A stretch of 39,742 bases of DNA from Patescibacteria group bacterium (GTDB taxonomy: Bacteria > Patescibacteriota > Gracilibacteria > BD1-5 > UBA2023), in NCBI GenBank assembly GCA_036171455.1, contig JAVHRB010000049.1:1-39742 (forward strand), read 5' to 3'. Each line of letters starts with the position of its first letter. Position 1 is the stretch's first letter. Shown in pieces: positions 10,762-21,203 of the stretch. Made by a program: the position numbers and the translations under genes. The notes under the pieces were generated by a model. It made no database searches, was not told the origin of the DNA, and worked only from the letters and a program-made list of their open reading frames with translations.

Positions 10762-12213
10762 ATGCGACGCTGATGAACCAATAGAACGAGTCCTCTGTCC
10801 CTTGCCGTCCCAATAATCATAGCCGTTATCGTCTTTGTAATCATTGTCAAAGCGGTAATGAATCTCGGAGCCAGTAATGCTACTACCGAAGCTACCAAAG
10901 CTGCTGCTGGAACCGCCAGTGTGAATATCTTACCGGCAAAAGATGCCAAAGTAAGTATCTACATGTCTTCCGATTCTCAAAACGAAATCACCGGTCCAAC
11001 CAAAATGTTCCCAACCGACAAGATGGTACGGGTAACCAATGGAGAAAGCGAGGTAGAAATAGAAGGTTCTACAGCAAAAATCTATATCGAAACCCTGAGT
11101 GAGCTCTCCTACAAAGGAAAAGTTACCGAACAACAGACATTTGAACTCCTCAATGGGTACGTATGGATGGATACTCCGAACGGGGATGTGTCACTCAATC
11201 TCAAGTTTTTTTCAACAAAGTTTGCACCCGGGTCAATCATTATTGCGAGTCAGAACACGAGGGCAAGTAATTTGTACGTCATCAAAGGAGAAGCGGAAGT
11301 GAAAACTGAAGGAGGAACGGCTCGGGTAGCGAGTAGTCAGATGATTTCCCTCTTGCAATCCGAAACCAAAAATACCAACCTCGGAGACAAATTAGCCCCT
11401 TTGGATGATTTTGTAAAACAATCGAGCATTTTTAAACGAAAGGATGGGGCTACGCTATTGGCAGCTTCCGATTCTGCTACCGTCGATGCCAGCGGGGCAA
11501 TCACGGACAATTCGACGGTTCCAACGGTTTCCAATAAAGTGATTTCTATTACCTATCCAGAAGACCAGATGATGGTGGATAATGAGAAGATTTCCGTCGA
11601 AGGAAAAATTCTCAGCCCAAACGTCAAACGGCTCACGATTGGCAAGCAAGAAGCGAAGATTTTGGTAGATCAGAATACGTTCTCTATCAAGGAATATCTC
11701 CTGACTGATGTCGTGAATTTTATCAATTACCAAGCCTTTGATGCGGCTGGCGGAGTCGTGGAAACTGGCGTCGTAACAGTAAACCTCAACAAAAAGAAAG
11801 TAACTACGAAAAAACCTGACGTAATAAATTACCCAGTATCCAGCAAAGATTTCAAGGTACTTTTTCCGAGTGAAAATCCGTATAAGACTACCGATACAGC
11901 TGTCAAGATCCGAGGATCATTCGCGCCAGATTTGGTCAAATTCATAAAGGTCAATAATTACCAGCTCCAACAGTTCAAACAGTTCGGCACCAGTTGGACC
12001 TACAACGCGAGTATCGACAATGGGAATATGGAAGAAGGGGTAAACGAATACCTCATTACGTACTACGGTACCGATGATTCTATCCTCTACACGAGCAAGA
12101 TCTATATCGTAAAGGAAAAGGCAGCTCCCGTTGTACTACCATGACTCGAAACGCCAGCAACCGGAACCATTCCAAGTACTTCCACGGGCAGCGGAACTGG
12201 TTCAAATCTCTAA
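10762..12213 (+). CDS. membrane-anchored FecR-like / Ig-like domain protein
   Basis: ATG 10762 (MRR-G-G-TNRTSPLSLAVPIIIAVIVFVIIVKAV; TGA at 10771 and 10774, then a TM anchor). VRVTNGESEVEIEGSTAKIYIETLSELSYKG...LLNGYVWMDTPNGDVSLNLKFFSTKFAPGSIIIASQNTRASNLYVIKGEAEVKTEGG resembles the FecR beta-sandwich. The C-terminal half looks like Ig-like beta domains. TGA 12142-12144 is read through to TAA 12211-12213. Confidence 0.7.
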
Positions 12214-12223
12214 TTCCAAAACT

Positions 12224-12937
12224 ATGTCCTGCCGACGTTCCGACTTTGTAAAAATATTTTTGGACCACGGTGGAAACTCAATTATTGAAGTAATGGTGGT
12301 AGTTCTCGTAGTGACCATAGGAGTTGTTTGAGCCTATCAAATAACTTTCAAGGGAGTCACTCTCGCAGCTACGACAGAGAATCGCATCAAAGCGATAAAC
12401 ATAGCTCGGGAAGGATTGGAAATCGTAGAAAATATACGAGATACCAATTGGGTGAAACTTTCCAGCGATCTCAATGGGTGTTGGGATGTGATAAATTATG
12501 ACGTTACCTGTATCGGCAGCAGTACGGGAGCTAGTACCAACAAAATCGTTCCCGGTTCCTATATTACTTCGCAAAATGCCAACGGAACTTGGGTTCTCAC
12601 TGCGGTAGCTGGGCCCGTAGGAACTGGATCAGTATATCGCTCGAAATTTCCTGTATACCTCGATACCAATGGTCTGGTTACTCAGTCGGGATGATATACG
12701 GCACTCTGTACCCCAACAGTAACGAAAAATTGCAAGACTCCGTTTACCCGGGAACTCATAATCACTCGGCCGACGGATTATTCCACTATCGATATCGAAG
12801 CGAAGATTACCTGGACGGAAATTGGGAAAACCGATCCGTTTGAGGTAAGAATACCGTATACGCTGTTCAATTGGAAATACCAGTTCTATTCATTTCTCCA
12901 CCCTTTGATTTCTCATAGTAAATTGATTAGCGGATAA
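12224..12937 (+). CDS. type IV pilin-like protein (prepilin-type N-terminal cleavage/methylation signal), 237 aa
   Basis: ATG 12224. [40 protein letters not shown] has a short basic leader, Gly at -1, Glu at +5 and about 20 hydrophobic residues. This is followed by [17 protein letters not shown] and a Cys-containing globular domain. TGA at 12329 and 12692. TAA 12935-12937. Confidence 0.85.
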
Positions 12938-13683
12938 TATTCCTATACAATGCCAAAGTACTTTCGCTCTCTTTTTTAAGTAACAATCCGATTTATATCT
13001 CTTTCAAATGCTAATCTATGTTCTATAGAAGTTCCGATCTTAAAAAGATTTTTTTAAATCACGGTGGAAACTCGATTATTGAGGTAATGGTAGTTATCGT
13101 GGTAGTAACCATGGGAATTGTCGGAGCCTATCAAATAACTTCCAAAGGTATAGTTTTAGCGGCAACGACAGAAAACCGCATCAAAGCAATAAACATAGCT
13201 CGGGAAGGATTGGAAATCATAGAAAATATACGAGATACCAATTGGGTGAAACTTTCCAGCGATCTCAATGGGTGTTGGGATGTGATAAATTATGACGTTA
13301 CCTGTATCGGCAGCAGTACGGGAGCTAGTACCAACAAAATCGTTCCCGGTTCCTATATTACTTCGCAAAATGCCAACGGAACTTGGGTTCTCACTGCGGT
13401 AGCTGGGCCCGTAGGAACTGGATCAGTATATCGCTCGAAATTTCCTGTATACCTCGATACCAATGGTCTGGTTACTCAGTCGGGATGATATACGGCACTC
13501 TGTACCCCAACAGTAACAAAAAACTGCAAGACTCCGTTTACCCGGGAACTCATCATTACTCGTCCGACGGATTATTCCACTATCGATATCGAAGCGAAGA
13601 TTACCTGGACGGAACTTGGAAAAACCGAACCGTTTGAGGTAAAAATACCATATACCCTCTACAATTGGAAATACCAGTTCTAC
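12224..13683 (+). repeat. tandem duplication of a 666-nt pilin module (period 794 nt): 12224-12889 and 13018-13683
   Basis: The two copies are collinear from their ATGs with no indels. 12426-12723 is identical base for base to 13220-13517 (298 nt), bounded by G/A mismatches at 12425/13219 and 12724/13518. The 5' 200 nt is clearly more diverged. Confidence 0.9.
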
Positions 13684-16600
13684 ACCGACTCCACAGCTCC
13701 AATCGTAAATTGCGTAGCGAGTTGGAGTTCTTGCAATGCATCTTGTAAACAAACCTATTCCATAACAAATCCTGCAAGCGGAGGAGGTACGGCTTGTTTT
13801 GCAGCCAACGGTACGATTCGTGCTTGTACTTGAGGAGCTTGTATACCACCTGCACCATCATGCGAAGCAAATCCCGGCTATGCTAATGCGACCTACACGA
13901 CCGGAACACCTACGGTGGCAAACCAGTCTTGGCAGAATACAAACCCGACCGGTGCTTGTTATTACGCATGTACGGGGATTTATAGTGGAACGAGTTGTAA
14001 TTTGCTGACCATTACGGGAACTGACGCTATAGGGAGAAGTTGGGCCAATGGGACCTACGCACCTACTTGTAGCGACTATCGATTTCCAACGAATCCAAAA
14101 ACCTATTCTGGAAGCACGGGAAACGGAATTTATCAATTAGATCCTGCTGGATGAAGTCCATTCAAAGCCTATTGTGATATGACGACAGACGGAGGCGGAT
14201 GGACGGTCATAGCTTCGGATGGTCCGGGAAATACTACGCAAAGCCTTTCGGCCCTCTGACAGAATCCAACCCCAACGACTGCTGGAATGATTCCCTATTT
14301 TATCAATGGGAAACTCAAGGACTATTCTACGGCCATGAAAGTCGTGAGTATAGCAGATCCGACAAAAAATATGACCTATGATACGACTCCAACTTGGCTA
14401 TGAAGTACCTTGAGTTTGGCGAGTTCCGAATACGGATATCTGTACGCTGGAGCTAATGGTTTCGAATGAGGGGCCAATGGTTCTCATAAGTGTAACTTCT
14501 CCATCATCGTAATCGGAAACCAAGCTTGCAGTGCAGGCTGGTCCACCCCCTATCCGACCAACGGTGAAATTTATGGTGCCGTTAAAGGCAATACCATTCC
14601 TGCCTACGGCGCTATCGGGCACTCTTGGCAATTCGCAGGAAACGGTTATGCATTCAGACTCTGATGGACTATTCCCGATCCAGCTTACAGTTCATATTAC
14701 AATAACAGAGTATCGTCCTATCTCATGATTCGGAAAGATTCGACTTATACAACCATTGTCGGGGATAATGCCACCGGGAGAAAGTGGAGCGACGGGTCAT
14801 ATGCCAATACCTGCAATGACTACCGCAATCCGGTCGTACCAAAAAAGTACCTGGGGAAAACTGGTGATGGAATCTATTGGATAGACCCGGATGGGGCAGG
14901 GGCAAACGTGCCTTACAAAGCCTACTGTGATATGACGAACGACGGAGGAGGATGGACACTCGTCCTCAAAGCTGACGGAAGCCAGAATAATTTCTGATAC
15001 AACTCGGCCTACTGGACCAATGCCACCACTCTCAATCCTACAGCTTTTGATCATGATTCGACGGAATTCAAGAGCGAAGGCTTCGGTACGATGAAATTCT
15101 CCGAAGTACAATTGGAAATGGATACGGGAATCATCAAGAAAAAAATAGTCTTGCCTGCATCGGGAAATTCACTTCAAGAAATCTTCAAACGATGATATCA
15201 AAGTACTTCATTATGAAAGAGTACCTGGCTTTCCATGGTACCCGGTTCTTCCCTACAGCCGAACTGTAATATGGAAGGAATCAACGTGACACCGTCGGGT
15301 GGATCCCGAAAGGCACGTATCGGTTTTTCCGCAAATCAGGAAAATGACTGCAATACGAACGACAGCGTAATCGGAATATGACTTACGGATGCTGCCTATA
15401 CCACGGGTAACAAATGCGGAAGTACCTTATGTAGTGCATGAGTTGTGGATACCAGCTCCATCGGATACCTCTATGTTCGTTACGATAATTCATCGGTTTC
15501 CGTAATCGGAGATAATGCCGCAGGGAGAAAATGGTCAGATGGATCATCTGGGACCAGTTGTTACGACTACCGATATCCTACCAGTCCGAAAGCTTATGTT
15601 GGTAGCACTGGCGATGGGACATATTGGCTCGATCCGGACGGGGTCGGAGGCCCTGGAGCTCCATACAAAGCCTATTGCGATATGACGACGAATGGTGGAG
15701 GATGGACTTTGGTTCTCAAAACCGATGGAAATCTATCAACTTTTGCCTACAGTTCTGCTAATTGGACCAGCAATACCCCCCTCAATGAAACTTCCTTTGA
15801 TCATGATACGACGGAATTCAAAAGTAGTGGGTTCAGTACGATGAAATTCTCTGAGATACTTCTTGAAATGTCCACCGGGGGTGTTAAATGAACGGTTGCC
15901 ATACCGATGTTCTGAACTTCCCTCAAAGACATTTTCTCCGGATGATATCAAAATGCTGCTGCTGGAAAAAGCGCTTGGATGTCCAGTATTGCGGGATCGT
16001 CATTGCAACCTTACTGTAATATGGAATGAGCCAATGTGATTCCAACGTGAGGGGCTCGTGCTCGATTATGATTTACGAGCAATAATGAAAATGACTGTGG
16101 AACGAATGATAGTGTTATTTGAGTGGGATTCACGGGACCAACCACAGCCGGAAATCTCTGCTGAAGCACCCTTTGTAGCAATTGAAACGTTTCCACTCCA
16201 TCTTTCTGATACGTGTATATCCGTTTCAACAATGCTTCAGCGCTAACTGTTATGTGAGACAATCTCTCGGGCAGGACCTGGTCGAACGGCGACTTTGCCA
16301 AAAGCTGTTATGATTACAAATATCCTACTTATCCTAAAATTTACTTTTGAAGTACAGGAGATGGAACATACTGGATAGATCCCGATGGAGTCGGCGGAAC
16401 TTCAGCATTTAAAGCCTATTGCGATATGACAACGGACAGTGGTGGTTGGATGGTATTCCAAAAAAGATTTGATGGTAGTGTTGATTTCTATCGAAATTGG
16501 GCCGATTACAAATCCGGATTCGGGGATACCAATTCGGAACACTGGCTCTGAAACGACAAATTGAACGTTCTTACGAGCGGTTCGAACGTGAACGAACTCT

Positions 16601-18321
16601 ACGTAGCATTGAAAGCAGCTGACAATACAGAGGTCTATGCGAAATATTCCTATTTCCAAATGCAGGACGAGGCTGGAAAATACAAACTTTCCGTAGGGGG
16701 GTATACGGGAAATGCTGGAAACGCGTTTTGAGGACACGACGGATATAATTTTACGACTTACGACCAAGACAATGATACCTATTCTGGGAACTGCGCTACA
16801 TCGTTCCACGGTGCATGGTGGTATTCCGCTTGCCACGTATCCAATTTGAATGGGAAATACCTTCCGGGTACACATCTCAGTTATGCGGACGGAATGGAAT
16901 GGTCAACTTTCAGAGGACAATACGAAGGGATGATGGAAACGAAAATGATGATTCGACCGACACACACAGTAATGACCTATATCATAGGTAATGACACAAT
17001 CGGTAGAAAATGGTCCGACGGCACGTATGCGAGCAGTTGCAATACCTATAGGAATCCGACCGCTCCGAATATCTATTCCTGGGATACCGGCAATGGAAAC
17101 TATTGGATTGACGTGGACGGGACTGGTCCATTGGCACCTTTGCAAGTCTATTGCGACATGTTGTCTGATGGAGGATGATATACCTACTATGCCATAAATT
17201 CCGGATTGAGCACCAGCGCCTACACCGATAACGACAGTTGCAAGGTTCTTGGTTTGCAAATGGTAATCCCGAGATCCAAATCCCATTGGCTTTCCATGAC
17301 ATCGAAATACGATAGTTCGTATTTCGCTACCGTACCGGGAATCTATAGTCCGGTAGGTGGAACATCCTATACGTCGTGCATCATGCGCGACCATGCGGTA
17401 TACAGTACGTGATGCCCCGATTGGCAGGCGCTCGACGGTGGGCATTGGTGGATACGAGATACTGTTTTTAATGAACCGAATGGGGATTATACTGCCGGAT
17501 GTTGGCTCTCGACGTATGGATGAGTTACCGCGACTACCATCAACAATGACCAAATCATCAACGATTATAACTGCAATTATTCGACCACGAAATATATTTG
17601 TTCTACCAATGACAAGACACCTTCGAACATCATAGTAACAGGAAACGACACTACTGGAAGAAAGTGGTCAAACAATACCTATGCGACAAGTTGTAATACC
17701 TACAAGAATCCATCCGCGCCAAGGTTTTATACGGGCGACATCTGAGATTGATCCTATTGGATAGATCCGGACGGAATGGGGACTGGAGCATTGCAATTCA
17801 AAACCTATTGCGATATGACCACGGACGGGGGCGGATGGACATTAGTAGGAAGAAGCGGAAACGCTTGTACCAACAGTGCCGACTATGGATTTTTCAAAAA
17901 CACTCTGACCGACCCTTCTGACATAGCCGAATGTTACTCAGCAGACGTGAGCAAATTGGGGTTCAGCAAATTGAAATTTTGAGGGTTCAGCGATACGGGC
18001 AATTTTGCCATTACACGAGGTTTGACTTTTTCAATGTCGGCATCAACGTTAATGAACGCGGCCAACAACGAATCTACTGCCGCTTGGAATTTTTCTTCAA
18101 CGGCTTGAACGGGCTTGGATTGTGGAACATGAAAGACTTGGAATAGATGAGTTTCTACCGCCATTAACAATACCTGATTTCCTTTTGCGTGTACTCATGC
18201 GGGTTGTTCATGACAATTGAACTGGACTGGAATCGGAAATACGAACAATTATTTCGAGTCATGCTATCTTCCTACCGACAATAGAGATTTATGACCGTAT
18301 TATTCCGTTTGGGTACAGTAG
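13018..18321 (+). CDS. giant type IV pilin-like adhesin (1767 aa): prepilin signal + pilin domain + TSP1-like Cys module + six fibrinogen-like YCDM..GGGW lectin modules
   Basis: ATG 13018 is preceded by in-frame TAA 13012-13014. Checked line by line, the frame is free of TAA/TAG up to TAG 18319-18321 and holds 38 in-frame TGA by my count. Residues 1-222 parallel the upstream pilin ([29 protein letters not shown]). Each downstream module carries GR[KS]W..G.YA..C..Y..P and G.G.YW.D.DG.....P...YCDM..DGGG. Confidence 0.85.
13711..13842 (+). other. thrombospondin type-1-like six-Cys module inside the giant pilin
   Basis: [45 protein letters not shown] compares with the TSP1 pattern WSxWSxCSxxCG...GGxxC......C....C. 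Confidence 0.5.
14005..18318 (+). repeat. six tandem protein-level modules (about 650-750 nt each) of the giant pilin; starts near 14005, 14749, 15499, 16243, 16975 and 17629
   Basis: YCDM codons occur at about 14170, 14923, 15670, 16417, 17149 and 17803. Modules 2 and 3 are close paralogues by eye over their whole length. The other modules share only the N-terminal 70-80 residues. Confidence 0.8.
16243..16977 (+). other. complete fibrinogen-related domain (FReD / fibrinogen C-terminal globular domain), module 4 of the giant pilin
   Basis: [68 protein letters not shown]...[16 protein letters not shown]...[37 protein letters not shown]. All canonical FReD motifs appear in order. Confidence 0.85.
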
Positions 18322-18501
18322 GCTCAATAGGCAAAAATATGTCCGAAATATTCCAACGTCAGGTTGAAAAAACAGGGATAATCATCGTGGGATTGTTTGT
18401 ATAGACAAAGTATTCGAAAAAGTTAGCTTTTATTTACCGCCTATAAATTCGGAATGCGGGTCGTTGTTTCGATAAAGCCAAAACTTCATTGTAGAAACAA
18501 C

Positions 18502-18542
18502 AAAGAAAGAGGACTCGGCTTGTCGCTGAACCCTCTTTCTTT
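18502..18542. terminator. possible bidirectional terminator hairpin between convergent giant genes
   Basis: aaagaaagagg (18502-18512) pairs with cctctttcttt (18532-18542): an 11-bp stem with a 19-nt loop. A second 8-bp hairpin gttgtttc/gaaacaac lies at 18463-18501. The loop is large and the U-tract weak. Confidence 0.4.
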
Positions 18543-18572
18543 TACGTATCAAACCCCGTTCCGATACCCCCC

Positions 18573-21173
18573 CTATTCCCCCACCACAAACTCCTTTTCC
18601 GCATTCAAAATCGTTCCATCCACGTAATTGGCCGAAAGCTTTACATTGAACGTTCCGCTTTTCTCAAAGATATGGTTCGGAGTCGGGCTCTGATCAATCG
18701 GAGTGCCGTCTCAGAAGTCCCAGGAATAGGATTCTAACTGTCAAATAGTACCTTCCTTCGTTCGAAATTCCACGATTTTTCCAACGATTCATTCAGATAC
18801 CAAACTTTCTATTTCCAATTTCTTCGTCAATTCCTTGATAACGAGTTGTCGTGATATTGATTCCTTGTCCCCATCGGTTTTTACGACGGTAAGTTTTACC
18901 GTATATTCTCCGGGAATGGAATAGCGATACATTTTCACGGCTTCCCCTTCAGAAGAAGGTTTTCCTTCTCAGAAATCATATATAAATTGCGATATCTTGC
19001 CAGAACGTACTTTAGAAGCCGACGCATCGAATTTTACATCGACCGTAGCATACAAATCATCCAAGGTATCGTTGCCATTAGAACTTATCTGAAGCGAAGG
19101 AACGATTTCACGCGATTTCCCTTCAATGGTAATTTTTTCGGTAACTTTTGTTTCATCGCCCGTACCAATTTTGGCAAATACGTACGTAACCAATATTTCA
19201 TATTGCTTTTCTTCAACGAAATTATAATCGATTTTCGTTCCTTTTTTTTCTTCGCCACCAATCTTCCAAAGTATTTCTTTTACTTCATATCCCGGGTTGG
19301 TCACTCGGATATTTTCGCCATTGAACGTAATTTTCTGGGGAATTTGTATATTCTGTATCCGATACGATCAGAAATCGTGATCAAATGTACCCTTAATAAT
19401 ATCCGTTCCTGATTCATCCGTCGCCATCAAGAGGGAATCGGTTCATTTTTTTGATAATTGTAGTGGTCGTTGAATCGTTATCTTTTCTACAAAATCAGCT
19501 TTGTTTTTTTCGGAATCGATTACTTCTGCTCTCACCGTATAGGTTCAGATACTCATAAACGTATACTCGAACGTTTCATCTTTCCCTACTGGGGATGCAT
19601 TATCTCAAATATACCAGCTAATATCGGTAATATCAGCCCCTTCTCTCGTTTTGAGGTCAAGGAGCTTGAAAGCGTACTTCGATGGTTCTACCAAATCCTG
19701 GGTTGCCTGTATATCTCATTGTATGACACTTTCAGATTTGGAATTAATAGTAAATACCCTATCACAAATTCCCGGTTTCTTTTTTGGTGTCTGGATTTCT
19801 AAACAAAGGTTCTGTTCAATGTCTTGAATTCGAACACTGAATTTTGCCTCTTCGGAAGATACGACGTCGAATTTCGGTCAAATATACCATTTCAGATTCC
19901 CTATTTTTTTGAGATCGGTGGCGTCGAACAAGTAGTTGGAAGCCGTCTTTTGAACGTTGACCGCACCAAGCAATCGAACCTCAGCGAGGGCAATATCCAC
20001 TCGTTTCGCCTCGCGCGTTACCCGATCCTTTCCACGATAATATCCCGTTGGAGCGTAATTGCCAGCTTTAGTGTATTCACAAGTAATACTCGTATCGGTG
20101 GCAGGATCTGTTCCTTCGTGTTTGACACCTCCGTTTTGGCAATCGATAAAATAACCTTCGATATCCAGGGATTTTCTCGCATATACAACATCCGAGGAAA
20201 GATCATATTTGAGGGTTATCGGACCGATAAGATTGTTCAAATCTCCCAATTCTGCCCCATCTTTGAAATCTTTGGAAAGCAAAAGCGTATTGTCATATAC
20301 GATTACCCCACCAGTAGGCCGAACGAAATCCTGAGCCCCAATCTTATCGAAAAGGAACGCCCAAAAACCGATATTGGAAAACAGGAGCATTCCCGTAAAA
20401 ACCGATAATACAATGAATATAGCCCGCTTCTTCTGATTTCCCTTGGAAAGGTATGATTTGAATAGGCAATATATGAAAACAATACTAAGAGTAAACGTCA
20501 GAGTACCGAAAATACCATTTACCAAAGTGGACAACAGCGCTTTGACATCCGCCGGGTTAATTCCAAAATTTATGAAAAATTTGGCCTGATCCGGGTTAAA
20601 TACGATGTATGCAAGAAATGAGCCAAGAAAGATTAATGATACGAAAAGCAGTGCTCACATAATCCGCATAATTTGTGCCGGGGTTACCGGATTTTTCTTT
20701 ACAACAATCGGCGGAGTTGGAGGTATGGCACCATCGGAAACCGGTGTACGAGGACTGACACTGGGACTGACACTGACGCTGGGACCGGCACTTGCCAATA
20801 CTTGATCGAGGATGCTCGCATTATTCTCGGAATCAACCACTGGAATAGCAGTGACCGGTGGTAATGCTGCCGAAGGAATCGTTGTATCAACTTGGCCTGG
20901 CGATGATATGATGGCACTTTCGGGAATGAACGATGTTGGTGCCGCTACTGCGGATGCCACTGCTGGATTCGGCATTATTGAAGGAGAAACTCCCGTGGGG
21001 AGGACTCCAGGAATTGGCACTATCGGATGAGAAACAGAGGGAGTTGGTATATTTGCCACTACCGTAATGGGTGCAGTTTCAGAAGCAATTGGAACCGCAA
21101 GGATTTCATCCAAAAAACTCGGTCGTCCAGGTGCTTCGTCAGGGGTATTCGGGGTGGGAGTATCGTTATTCAT
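18573..21173 (-). CDS. multi-pass membrane protein (866 aa) with Pro-rich N-terminal tail and 4-5 PKD-like extracellular domains
   Basis: ATG 21171-21173. ORFs 20655-21173, 19878-20534 and 18969-19304 share one frame, joined by TGA 20655, 19878 and 18969; the gaps translate cleanly. TAG 18573-18575. TM segments are ALLFVSLIFLGSFLAYIV, GIFGTLTFTLSIVFIYCLF and AIFIVLSVFTGMLLFSNIGFWAFLF. PKD signatures are YSWDF-G-DGTPIDQSPTPNHIFEKSGTFNVKL (G = TGA 18711-18713), FIYDFGEGKP...YSIPGEYTVKLTVV and ISWYIGDNAS...GTYTVRAEVID. Confidence 0.8.
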
Positions 21174-21203
21174 ACAGAAAGAGTAAATTCTAACGGGGAA
21201 AGA

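Noticed and set aside
16243-16977. Fibrinogen-related domain as eukaryotic contamination or a chimeric contig
   Set aside because: The domain contains four in-frame TGA-Gly codons, including the Gly of WLGN. It is also continuous in frame with a pilin N-terminus and flanking paralogous modules. Misassembly within the repeat array still needs a read-level check.
16402-17553. Minus-strand ORFs of 157, 216 and 106 aa inside the lectin array
   Set aside because: They are antisense shadows of the giant pilin frame. Their composition is repetitive and no motifs are present.
18567-18573. C7 homopolymer at the 3' end of the 866-aa PKD gene
   Set aside because: Its last base is the final base of the TAG stop and the rest of the run lies downstream of the coding end. 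It is not in a promoter, so there is no obvious phase-variation consequence.
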